A stretch of 42,948 bases of DNA from Candidatus Zixiibacteriota bacterium (GCA_030591625.1 JAUVAR010000002.1:1-42948); one strand, 5' to 3'. Counted from the stretch's first letter, positions 1 through 8,678 are shown. Program-made: numbers and translations. The notes: generated from the sequence alone by a model not told the origin.

Positions 1-920
1 ATTTCAACCGTAAACGGTGATGAGAAGCTGCCTGTAGGTGGATTATCAAGAAGATCAGGAGGTGTCTTGGTTCCAAAAGAGAATTTATACTTTCCATCTT
101 TATCAAATACACACACACGATTATTATTTACGTCCGTTATATAAACATCACCAGCAGAATTGATTGCCAGGTCAGCTGGCTGATTGAGGTCTCCGTCATT
201 ACCTGCCGATTCAATTTTCCAAACAAGAGACATTGGAATATCAATCAAAACAATTTCATTCGCTTTTTCTAATGAGTCTAATTCTGCCTTACTGGTTCCA
301 AATTTGAGACTGCGTTCTTCTGATAATTCAGTCTCTTCGAATTGATCATTAAGGCCAGAAATGACGTAGTAATAGGTTGTGCCTTTTTCAAGACCATCAC
401 CATCGCTATGCCTGTTGGCTGTGGCGTTTCCAATAACTTCGTAACCATCACCACTCGTTACTGATCGATAAACGTTATACGCTATTGCTCCGGGAACTTT
501 GTCCCACCTGAGCAAAATCTTTTTTCTATCAATTCTGATACCAGACCATACCGGTGCTTTAAACTCACCTGCTGCGGCGGCGGGGGTTGTTACTTTCTTT
601 ACACTCGAAAGCACTTCGGCCCCATCGGCTCCAATGTATCCAATCTTATAACTGAGCACGGTACCAGCTATCGGGAGAACATCGAAATATTGAGGTTTCT
701 TGACTCTTGTAAGTTCTTCAAACTCACCATCGGCAACTGAGCGATAAATAATGTACTCGGTTGCATCGGCTGCTTTTTGCCACTTTAGCCCAACTTTTCC
801 ACTAACATAAAAAGCACCAATCCACTTTGTGCCGTCTGCAGCTATTGCTGTGGAGACGAGAGCAACCACTAAAGTAATTGCTAAAAATGTAATAAAACGT
901 TTGTTAAAAAATTCTTTCAT
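1..920 (-). CDS. Secreted protein with two FN3-like modules followed by NHL-repeat beta-propeller (N-terminal part; continues past window start)
   Basis: Absent from the ORF track because the window edge truncates it. My translation from the ATG at 918-920 gives MKEFFNKRFITFLAITLVVALVSTAIAADG..., a signal peptide. Two ~85-aa modules follow, each with 'L(K/R)W.K...A..Y.(I/V)YRS', and then an NHL-like repeat 'PADLAINSAGDVYITDVNNNRVCVFDKDGKY'. The frame stays open to nt 1. Confidence 0.7.
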   Translation of the reverse strand, partial: MKEFFNKRFITFLAITLVVALVSTAIAADGTKWIGAFYVSGKVGLKWQKAADATEYIIYRSVADGEFEELTRVKKPQYFDVLPIAGTVLSYKIGYIGADGAEVLSSVKKVTTPAAAAGEFKAPVWSGIRIDRKKILLRWDKVPGAIAYNVYRSVTSGDGYEVIGNATANRHSDGDGLEKGTTYYYVISGLNDQFEETELSEERSLKFGTSKAELDSLEKANEIVLIDIPMSLVWKIESAGNDGDLNQPADLAINSAGDVYITDVNNNRVCVFDKDGKYKFSFGTKTPPDLLDNPPTGSFSSPFTVE

Positions 921-1424
921 AACTCCGTACCCTCTCAAAAGGAATCCTTTCCCTGCACTATGCAATACTCTGCCCGGTATTCTGTTTGTAAGAAGACATT
1001 GTTCCCCAACGTCATGTTATTTCTTTCACAAGATAAGATAGAGCAATTGCCCTGCCTGCTATTGCTGGCGGAGAAACTATAATCAAAGTTGTTAATTAGT
1101 AACGTCATAACTGGCTCTATCTACATTTCCTTGAAAGTGCTATCTGCATTAGAATGCCTATATATTCTTTCGGCAGATCACTTTATTCCAACATTGTTTA
1201 CCGTCATGTTCCTTTCGTGACAGGCCTTATCTATAAAGACCTGACCTATCAGTTCACTAATAGGTTGTGAACAAAATAACAATCTAAGGCAATCTGTCAA
1301 GTGGAAATCATGCCATTTTTCTCTTATTTCTCTGTATTTCCTCCTCAAATTTACGGCTATACAATATTTTATTGTCGTGTATTATCGAAATTTTCTAAGA
1401 TGCTGCCCCGCCGTAACTTAACCC

Positions 1425-2729
1425 TTACAATATAGACTTTATTAGTCCATTCAGATTCCCTGCGTGTGGGCTATGACAGTCAACACAGACCAAATTATTT
1501 CGTTTTGAACTGCTATGAGGCCCCTCAGATTCCGGTTCGTCGTGGCAAACAAGGCATATTTCTTCGGATTTGAGATCTTTTGGAGTTTGACCTTCTTCGT
1601 GACAAGCTTCACAATCTCGTTCTTCAAACGGTGGATGTTCGGTCTCTTTTATCAATTTTTCTTTACTTGAACCATGGGGGTTATGGCAACCTGTACAACT
1701 TGCAGGCTCAATTCCGCCATGTAATCCAACGAAGTCTTCATCTTCCACATCATGACATCCGCTACACAGGTCGATTTGTGGATCGACAAGCTCTTTGAAA
1801 TGAGGATTGTGACAAAGAGTACAATCTTCGTCCTCAACAGCTACATGTACATATTCTGCTTCAAGTAATTCTTCTATATCGGAGTGACACCCAAAGCAGA
1901 GATCTTTCTGTGGGTCATGTAATGAATTTTCACCTTTTTGGAAATGTGGTGTGTGACAGACCTGGCAGTTTTCATCTTCAAGCAGAGAATGAACCGGACC
2001 TTGTTTGATACTTTCGGCCAAATCTTTATGGCATTCAAAACAGATACCATCTTCACTTGCCTTGAGCATATTAACATTTTCAGAGAGATGCCCATAATGG
2101 CACTGCTCACATGACTGGATTTCATCTGCAGCATGCATCTGAGCCGGACCGAAACCATCCAATATCGGATCGTGACAGCTCAAACAAAGATAACCTGCAG
2201 GCATTTGGAAAAATGTTCCATAGGGAGATCCATGCGGATTATGACATTCGGTACATTTCCCTTCGACAAACGGCTTATGCTTCGTATGTACATCACTCTC
2301 AAAATCATGACACTCAAAACAAAGCTCAGGAACCTCCAAACGAAGCTGCTTTGTATTATCAGCGCTATGAGGAGTATGACAGACCGCACAAGAGAGATCA
2401 TCAAAAACTGGAGCGTGAATATGATCTTCATCCATGCCATCGACAACCGAGTGGCAGGTTCGACACAATTCTATCACTTCATCGCTGAACTCAACTTTAT
2501 TTCTGAATTCATGAAACTGGTGACAGGCATCGCATTCATCGTTTTTAAAAGGAGAATGATTGAATTTGCCTGACAGCCTTTTTTTGAAATCATCATGACA
2601 TTCAAGGCAATTTTTGTCTTCGTCTCTAATTAGAGCTTCTGCCGAGAGGCTCCCAGAGAATAAGATCAGCGCAAAGCATATCAATAATATACTTCTTAAA
2701 GTGCTCTTCAATGTGTGCTCAACAATCAA
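1425..2729 (-). CDS. Multihaem cytochrome c with 17 CXXCH motifs (doubled-CXXCH / c7-like repeat architecture)
   Basis: 434-aa ORF with a signal peptide (LLICFALILFSGSLSA). I counted 17 CXXCH motifs. They occur as pairs 'CxxCH ... CxxCH(T/N/S)PH' roughly every 45-50 aa. Confidence 0.9.
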   Translation of the reverse strand: MIVEHTLKSTLRSILLICFALILFSGSLSAEALIRDEDKNCLECHDDFKKRLSGKFNHSPFKNDECDACHQFHEFRNKVEFSDEVIELCRTCHSVVDGMDEDHIHAPVFDDLSCAVCHTPHSADNTKQLRLEVPELCFECHDFESDVHTKHKPFVEGKCTECHNPHGSPYGTFFQMPAGYLCLSCHDPILDGFGPAQMHAADEIQSCEQCHYGHLSENVNMLKASEDGICFECHKDLAESIKQGPVHSLLEDENCQVCHTPHFQKGENSLHDPQKDLCFGCHSDIEELLEAEYVHVAVEDEDCTLCHNPHFKELVDPQIDLCSGCHDVEDEDFVGLHGGIEPASCTGCHNPHGSSKEKLIKETEHPPFEERDCEACHEEGQTPKDLKSEEICLVCHDEPESEGPHSSSKRNNLVCVDCHSPHAGNLNGLIKSIL

Positions 2730-2833
2730 TTTAGATATCCTGAAACCTGTAAATCAATTCTTCTTAATAACTACAATTCTTGTCTTAATTCTTCTTCTAT
2801 TTGTATCGTCAAATGTTCGATATACTCGAATCA

Positions 2834-3649
2834 TTAGTACGATAGCTTATCTGATTCCACCGTAAAAAAGTTGTCCGCAACTTCTTTGTTGTATTCACAA
2901 TTCACCATTTTCGATCTGCCCATTGTCATCCAAAGAGAGATATCTTGCTGATAATTTGGTGTCCAGTACCCATTTACAAGCTTATGGCCATCAAATATAT
3001 TTTGATAAATTGACTTCTGCTTCCCCTGGAAAATTACTCCTTCTGATGATTTTATCAGGTTATCAGCAGGGTCGATTCCGATTACAATCATTAGAGAATC
3101 AGTCTTGAGCATATAGATATATCCAAGGGAATCCCCTTCTCTTACACCATATTTCATTTCCGCAAAAGTCTCGGTCTTTATAGACACGGGCATTCCGAGA
3201 GTAAGGTAGCTAAATAGAAATCCTTTGTACCGATTACCTTCAACAAAGCTGACCGTATCGTGAGATTCAAACCATGCTGAATCACCTCTCAATATTTTTC
3301 TTTCCATGTTACCATCATAGTAAGTTTTAATTAAGAGGCGCTTGTTTGGAGCCCAGGTCTTGACAATATCAACGGTATCTCGAGTCCCGGCAATTTCCAT
3401 CCGCCAGGATTGTCTGATTGATTTTACAGTTTTGAGTTTTTCAAGGCCGCCATATTTTTCAATACAGGCATCGACCAAGGCCATACCTTCGGTAGATTTA
3501 TCGAGACTAACCGCAGCCTCAAAAAGAGAGTCAAGCTTGGGATGAGGCCGTCCTTTGTGCCCATGAAAATTCTCAAAAGCAAATAGTTGGGAGGCACTTA
3601 AAATCAAAATAGCAATAACAATTAAAAGCATTTTATGAACGCGTGACAT
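2834..3649 (-). CDS. Secreted hypothetical protein (member of the cytochrome operon)
   Basis: ORF 2834-3664. I prefer the ATG at 3647-3649 (MSRVHKMLLIVIAILILSASQLFA), which is preceded by AAGGA; the track start at 3664 is a TTG. It has a signal peptide and no motif I recognise. Confidence 0.6.
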   Translation of the reverse strand: MSRVHKMLLIVIAILILSASQLFAFENFHGHKGRPHPKLDSLFEAAVSLDKSTEGMALVDACIEKYGGLEKLKTVKSIRQSWRMEIAGTRDTVDIVKTWAPNKRLLIKTYYDGNMERKILRGDSAWFESHDTVSFVEGNRYKGFLFSYLTLGMPVSIKTETFAEMKYGVREGDSLGYIYMLKTDSLMIVIGIDPADNLIKSSEGVIFQGKQKSIYQNIFDGHKLVNGYWTPNYQQDISLWMTMGRSKMVNCEYNKEVADNFFTVESDKLSY

Positions 3650-3730
3650 AATGAATCCTTTCAAGATTCTATAACAATTATTTAAGAGATTATACAGGTT
3701 AGCTGGCCGAATAGCCGATAAGTTCCTTTT

Positions 3731-4852
3731 TCAATCCGAAGGATAGAGGAGTTCGAGGGCTTTTATATACGACTCAGTCGCTTTGTCATCATTGCCAGCC
3801 TGTCGATAAACCTGTCCTAAGTAATAGTGAACAGTAGGGTTTGCAAAATTCAGCTCTTTTGCCTTGTTCAATGAATCAATAGCATCGTCATACAATCCTT
3901 GTTGAGCCAAACACATACCTAAGTCCAGAAAGGCGGGGGTGTATTCAGAGTCAAGATCAAGAGCATGTTTCAATTTTGCTATTGCTTCTTCAATAGTACC
4001 ACTTTTTAGTAAGGCCTGACCCCACCCAGCCCACGCAGCAACAACCATGCTATCGAGTTTGATTGCTTTGGCGAATGAAGTTTGAGCATCTTCGTATCGT
4101 TCCAATCGAATCATAATATCACCCCTGAGGGTGTGAGGCCCGGCAAACATACTATCTGCAGCTTCTGCCGAATCAAGAATGCTCAAAGCTCTTTCCCATG
4201 ACTTTTTCAATCCAAGATTCAGAGCCATATTATAAAAACGAGAAGATTTATTTTTGGGTCTGTATCCATCTCTAAATTGAGCGACTTTGTCCGGTTTTTT
4301 TAGACCCAGGAATACGTCAATAGAATCAACAATACGGTCTTTGGTCGTAAGAGAGAATCCCGCCGGGCCATATTTTAGAACGCCAGAAGAATCGAGCACG
4401 GCGGTTGACGGCACAGCAATGACTCCAAATTCATAGAATATTGAAAGCTTGTCATCGATTATTACAGGGAAAGGAAGATCGAGATCGGCCAGTGTAGAAT
4501 TAATTTTATCACGAGTTATTGGAGAGATATTCTGACCATCAACATTGACGGCAATAAATTTAATCGGTTGATCCTGGTATATGGCATGAAGTTCTTTGAG
4601 CGATTGCAGCTCTTCGAGTGAACGTGGTGACCAGGTTGACCAGAATACGACAATGATCAGATTGTCACCAAGCCATTGTCTGGTGCTTATTTTTTCGCCA
4701 CTTTTAAGATCTACACCCGATAGTTCGGGAGCTTTCATTCCTTCGGAAAGATACTTGAACGCAGCCGTAGCCGATGGAGCAACAATTATGCTCATAACAA
4801 AAAGCGCCAGAGCTATCACGCGTGTTAGGAAGTTACTAAATATCGGTTTCAA
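3731..4852 (-). CDS. Exported thioredoxin-fold (TlpA/ResA/CcmG-like, Cys-less) protein fused to C-terminal TPR repeats
   Basis: 373-aa ORF with a TTG start that overlaps the upstream stop (TTGA). It has a signal peptide. A TlpA-like stretch 'LIIVVFWSTWSPRSLEELQSL' has WSPRS where WCxxC is expected. The C-terminal ~150 aa is TPR-like (AWAGWGQALLKSG..., AFLDLGMCLAQQG..., VHYYLGQVYRQAG...). Confidence 0.75.
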   Translation of the reverse strand: MKPIFSNFLTRVIALALFVMSIIVAPSATAAFKYLSEGMKAPELSGVDLKSGEKISTRQWLGDNLIIVVFWSTWSPRSLEELQSLKELHAIYQDQPIKFIAVNVDGQNISPITRDKINSTLADLDLPFPVIIDDKLSIFYEFGVIAVPSTAVLDSSGVLKYGPAGFSLTTKDRIVDSIDVFLGLKKPDKVAQFRDGYRPKNKSSRFYNMALNLGLKKSWERALSILDSAEAADSMFAGPHTLRGDIMIRLERYEDAQTSFAKAIKLDSMVVAAWAGWGQALLKSGTIEEAIAKLKHALDLDSEYTPAFLDLGMCLAQQGLYDDAIDSLNKAKELNFANPTVHYYLGQVYRQAGNDDKATESYIKALELLYPSD

Positions 4853-5385
4853 TTAGACTTCCTGTCAAATGTTGTTTCAACAGCTTTTTCAAGGATATTT
4901 ATAGCAGTTGGATCACCAAGTCCTTTGAGAGCCAAGCCTTTATAATAAAGAGCTTTACCTTCTCTGGGTTTGATCTTAAGAACTGACTCAGTTAATTCCA
5001 AAGCTTTTGCATAGTCGCCAAGACTAATTTTGATTCTGGCTAAGAGTAATTTCAGGCGTGATGATTTTGGAGCTTTTTCAATGCCTGTGCTTGCTTGAGA
5101 TTCTGCGGCATGGGTGTCACCCCTTACCAAATTTATTTTACTTAAGAAGTAATAGGCATCCGGGTTCGAAATATCACATAAAATTAGTGAGTCAAGAAAC
5201 GCTTTCGCTTCATTGTATGCACCATCCCGGAATGAAATTTTAGCAGACCTTAATAGCTGTCTGCAAATTTTCTTATTTTTACGTCTCGCATCTTTAGCGC
5301 TAGCATCATCTTGAGAAAATGCAAAGGATGGCAGCAAAAACGAACCGATAGAAATTGTTAGAACAATTAAGACAATTCTTCGCAT
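4849..5385 (-). CDS. Exported TPR-repeat protein
   Basis: 178-aa ORF with a signal peptide (IVLIVLTISIGSFLLPSFAFS). TPR-like helices are present (AYYFLSKINLVRGD, ALYYKGLALKGLGD). The start shares one base with the upstream stop (TGATG). Confidence 0.7.
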   Translation of the reverse strand: MRRIVLIVLTISIGSFLLPSFAFSQDDASAKDARRKNKKICRQLLRSAKISFRDGAYNEAKAFLDSLILCDISNPDAYYFLSKINLVRGDTHAAESQASTGIEKAPKSSRLKLLLARIKISLGDYAKALELTESVLKIKPREGKALYYKGLALKGLGDPTAINILEKAVETTFDRKSN

Positions 5386-6650
5386 CAGCGATGATATTCC
5401 TTAGGGGCATGGCATCCGACAACACAGCTACCACCATCATCAAGCTTGGTGAACTTGATAGGTAATTCCCAGTTCATGGAACCAAATGGGACAGATTCTC
5501 TAATATGTTTGTCCTGGTTGGTCGCATGAGCCTGGTGACAAGCTTTGCAGCTTCTGCCTTTAACTTCCTTGTTTACATGCAAATTGTGAAGATTTATATC
5601 TCCATCACGAAAATCAGTCAGCGTCATAGTTTTCGCATCAAGGGCAATTGTACTATTATGGCAATCAAAACAGATTGCGTAATTTTCGGTCTCATAAGGC
5701 ATATAAAATTCTTCGGGGAAATACTTCCTTAGAATTTTATAGTTTTCACTCCCATGGGGATCATGGCAGGCATTGCAGTCACCCTGTTTAACTGGTCCAT
5801 GCTTATGGCTGTTTTCTGAAACATAGCTTGACAGTTCTTCGTGGCAACTAAAACATAGTTCCTCTTGTGGAACTGCAAACATTCTTGGATTATCTGAGGC
5901 ATGAGGGTTGTGGCAATTGGTGCACTTTCCATTCACGACCGGGTCATGTTGAAATGCAGCATTGCTATATTCTTCAAAATCGTCATGGCAGCCATAACAA
6001 AGCTCGGGTGGATCATTGGGGAGCAGGAATTTTGCTTTATCCGAATGAGGGTCGTGGCAAGTTGTGCACTTTTCTTTGGCCGGCTCATGAATATGGCGTT
6101 TTGTAGGAATATCTGATTGCTCGATATGACAGTTGTAACAGATTTTATCGGGCGAGGATACAAGTTGCATTTCATTGGAAGATGAGTGTGGGTTGTGGCA
6201 GACGTTACAATCACCAACACCAACCGGACCATGAACAAACTCCTGCATGAACTGATCTTTTTTATGGCAAGTAAAACAGAGTTCTGAGGCGTTGCCTTTT
6301 AACTGAAAACGATAATCGGCCTGATGCGGGTCATGGCAGCCAACACAGTTACCATCTGCAACAGGTGTATGGAGATAATCTTCAAGCATCATGTCACGCT
6401 TTTCTTCGTGGCAGGCAAAACATAATTCTTCTTTATCTGTAGTGTACTCAAATTGATGTTTCTTTCCCTGGACTTCTGTATGACAAATAGTACAGATTTT
6501 GGCTCCTACCGGACCATGAACAAACTGTTTGGTCCCCATGTCTGCATGACATTTGTTTTCGGTACAGCCTGCATCCTGTTGACTCCAACCAGTCACAGAA
6601 AAGAGAATTACCATTAGCCCCGCGATTAATAATGTCTGACCTTTTCGCAT
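5385..6650 (-). CDS. Multihaem cytochrome c with 13 CXXCH plus one CX4CH and one CX3CH candidate haem site
   Basis: 421-aa ORF with GGAGGA upstream of the ATG and a signal peptide (LLIAGLMVILFSVTGWS). I counted 13 CXXCH motifs, plus CTENKCH at the N-terminus and CVVGCH at the C-terminus. Confidence 0.9.
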   Translation of the reverse strand: MRKGQTLLIAGLMVILFSVTGWSQQDAGCTENKCHADMGTKQFVHGPVGAKICTICHTEVQGKKHQFEYTTDKEELCFACHEEKRDMMLEDYLHTPVADGNCVGCHDPHQADYRFQLKGNASELCFTCHKKDQFMQEFVHGPVGVGDCNVCHNPHSSSNEMQLVSSPDKICYNCHIEQSDIPTKRHIHEPAKEKCTTCHDPHSDKAKFLLPNDPPELCYGCHDDFEEYSNAAFQHDPVVNGKCTNCHNPHASDNPRMFAVPQEELCFSCHEELSSYVSENSHKHGPVKQGDCNACHDPHGSENYKILRKYFPEEFYMPYETENYAICFDCHNSTIALDAKTMTLTDFRDGDINLHNLHVNKEVKGRSCKACHQAHATNQDKHIRESVPFGSMNWELPIKFTKLDDGGSCVVGCHAPKEYHR

Positions 6651-6691
6651 CTATCCTCCAGCCGGAACGAGTGAAAATTCGATCGGCCTCA

Positions 6692-6721
6692 AAATTACAA
6701 ATTCTTTAGAACTCCTGTCAA
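6692..6721 (-). promoter_or_regulatory. Candidate sigma70-type promoter for the cytochrome operon
   Basis: The minus strand reads TTGACA (6721-6716), an 18-nt spacer, then TAATTT (6697-6692). It sits about 40 nt upstream of the ATG at 6650. Confidence 0.3.
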
Positions 6722-7031
6722 CTTTGTCCTTGTGAAATATATAACAACTTATTCCAAATGAGTCAAGGATTATCGGGGTTTTGCCAGTATGAAACGATCA
6801 AATAAGGATACACTCAACAGTCTTTTAAGATACTTCCACATCAGGCCAGTTTCCCTATAATCGATTGTCGATTAACTACTTACATCCTTAAGTTCCATGA
6901 TTTTCAAGTTTTTTGTAGCTTCAACTATTGAAAATATGAAAAATTATCGGTAATTTAGCAAATACATTCCAATCCACTTATACAAGAAAGATTAGTATAA
7001 AATAAACTAAGTCTTTATTAGTCTCAATTAC

Positions 7032-7415
7032 TTAAATTACTGCTGCTGTCCGGTAAGTTTCTGATGCTTCTCCAAGTTGATGAAGCAGAATATCAATTTC
7101 ATTTTTGAAAATATTGAGTCGTTCGTGGCAAGAATCACAATTGATTTCCTCGCAACTCGCTTCAAGATCTTTTAAGTATCCCAAAGAACGATAAGCTCTC
7201 AAGTGAACGAGTAGCTCTTCGAGTGTGTGGGCTGCTTTATGCAGGAGTTTCCCGTCACGACTTTCAACAGCTGTTTCAATGTGGTTAACCAGGAATGGCA
7301 CCTGTTTACTAAACAAAGATATTGTCTCGCCTAGGATTGTTTCATCATCACCACATGCTTTCAAAGCGAGATCATAATCGAATGCGCTAAAAGAATCGAT
7401 ACTTGCCTTATTCAT
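7032..7415 (-). CDS. Hpt (histidine phosphotransfer)-like domain protein, degenerate motif
   Basis: ORF 7032-7460. I prefer the ATG at 7413-7415 (MNKASIDSF...), which is preceded by GGAGGA. It shows a four-helix Hpt-like pattern, but 'LLHKAAHTLEELLVHLRA' replaces the consensus 'aHxLKGsaxxlGa'. Confidence 0.5.
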   Translation of the reverse strand: MNKASIDSFSAFDYDLALKACGDDETILGETISLFSKQVPFLVNHIETAVESRDGKLLHKAAHTLEELLVHLRAYRSLGYLKDLEASCEEINCDSCHERLNIFKNEIDILLHQLGEASETYRTAAVI

Positions 7416-7602
7416 GATTCTTGTCCTCCAATGAGTTATCCGACAATTTCCATCTGTCATATTTCCTGTTGCCTACAATTAATAGTCGGCAGGAGGAGCT
7501 ATATATTGAGTGTGATGATTAATCTTTTGTCGTTCTAAAGCTGTCTAAACCAAATAGAAAACTGCATCGTCTTTATGAATAGCACCCAATAAAGGAGCAA
7601 TA

Positions 7603-8475
7603 GTGCGAAAATTTAATAATCGGATCATAAGTAATACTTTTCAATTGGGACTAATGGTCCTCATAGCTTTGGCTTTCGTGTCGTGTGATGCAAAGATTTT
7701 CGAGTCGAAGTGGGTTGCAAACCCTATAACTGTCGATGGTATAGCCTCGGATTGGCGAGGTATCGCATTACACAAGATTGCCGATAGTGACGCATCTTTT
7801 GGAATCAGTAATAATGAGGATAATATTTATCTGATTTTGCGTTTTCAGGATTCTCAGTGGGCCAGAGCAATGCGACAAAATGGCCTCACTATTTGGATTG
7901 ATGATGGCCGAGATGAGAGCAAGGATCTTGGTATAAAATTCCAAGATGGGCCTGATATGGCTGAGATTATGTTGATGGAGGGTCGCTCCACGAATGAGAT
8001 GAGACCGGAAATGGTCGAACGGATGCAGCAAATGGAATCCCAACTTAAAAAGTCTTTAACATTTATAGATAAAGCTAATCTGATAAAATCAGAGATTGAG
8101 CCCGATGGCTCAAATGGACCCAAAGCAGCATTTGCGATAGATAAGTCCTTTGTTGTATATGAGTTTAGCCTTCCAATTGGAAAATCTGAAGTTAGAGATT
8201 ATGGTCTCGACCTTGAGCCAGGACAGGAATTTGGAATAATTTTGGAATTTGGTGGTCATAATGTGCGCACATCAAATGATCGCAGCGAAAGAGGCGGAGT
8301 TGAAATGTCAGGCGGAGGCAAACAAGGTGGCTCGCGCATGGGAGGCGGAGGCGGACGTCGCGGTGGCATGGGTGGTCGTAAAGGTGGCGACACAAGACAA
8401 CGACAGCAACAACTCGAAAAGCAAGAATTGAAAGTTAACACAGCTCTCGCATTGTCAGATGAGCCTGCAAAATGA
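7603..8475 (+). CDS. Lipoprotein with Gly/Arg-rich C-terminal tail (function unknown)
   Basis: GTG start after AAAGGAG. It has a lipobox-like 'LIALAFVSCD'. The N-terminal 'PITVDGIASDW' region resembles CBM9/DOMON-type modules (weak). The tail reads 'GGGKQGGSRMGGGGGRRGGMGGRKGG...QRQQQ'. Confidence 0.6.
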   Translation: MRKFNNRIISNTFQLGLMVLIALAFVSCDAKIFESKWVANPITVDGIASDWRGIALHKIADSDASFGISNNEDNIYLILRFQDSQWARAMRQNGLTIWIDDGRDESKDLGIKFQDGPDMAEIMLMEGRSTNEMRPEMVERMQQMESQLKKSLTFIDKANLIKSEIEPDGSNGPKAAFAIDKSFVVYEFSLPIGKSEVRDYGLDLEPGQEFGIILEFGGHNVRTSNDRSERGGVEMSGGGKQGGSRMGGGGGRRGGMGGRKGGDTRQRQQQLEKQELKVNTALALSDEPAK

Positions 8476-8539
8476 AAATTGAGCCAGATTTAATGCAAAA
8501 AGACCAAATAGATAATAAATAAGATTTACAACAACTCTC

Positions 8540-8668
8540 AGTCACTTTCTGTCGTATGAAAACAAGTTATCATTTTTGGCCTTTTTCAAAGAGACCATTG
8601 ATATTTCTATCCTTTACCGTTAATATGTTGGCCATATTATTGCCAGACGATTGAAACAGAAAGTGACT
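8540..8668 (+). promoter_or_regulatory. 13-bp perfect inverted repeat pair bracketing the leader of the ABC/RND operon
   Basis: AGTCACTTTCTGT (8540-8552) and ACAGAAAGTGACT (8656-8668) are exact reverse complements, 103 nt apart. The distal arm ends 10 nt before the TTG start at 8679. Confidence 0.4.
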
Positions 8669-8678
8669 ATTAAAGCTT

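Noticed and set aside
829-1041. 70-aa plus-strand ORF in the track.
   Set aside because: Its first ~90 nt lie antisense to the start of the well-supported FN3/NHL gene. It has no RBS and no recognisable motif.
1580-2573. Several ORFs of 60-146 aa on both strands nested inside the 17-haem cytochrome gene. Similar nested ORFs lie inside the 421-aa cytochrome at 5505-6238.
   Set aside because: They overlap a gene with overwhelming motif support (17 CXXCH). They have low-complexity or odd composition and no start signals. They are shadow ORFs.
8296-8390. GGN-rich DNA tract (also at 20666-20701) considered as a G-quadruplex or tandem-repeat element.
   Set aside because: The tract is in frame and encodes Gly/Arg low-complexity protein sequence. 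It contains only GG runs and no regular repeat unit.
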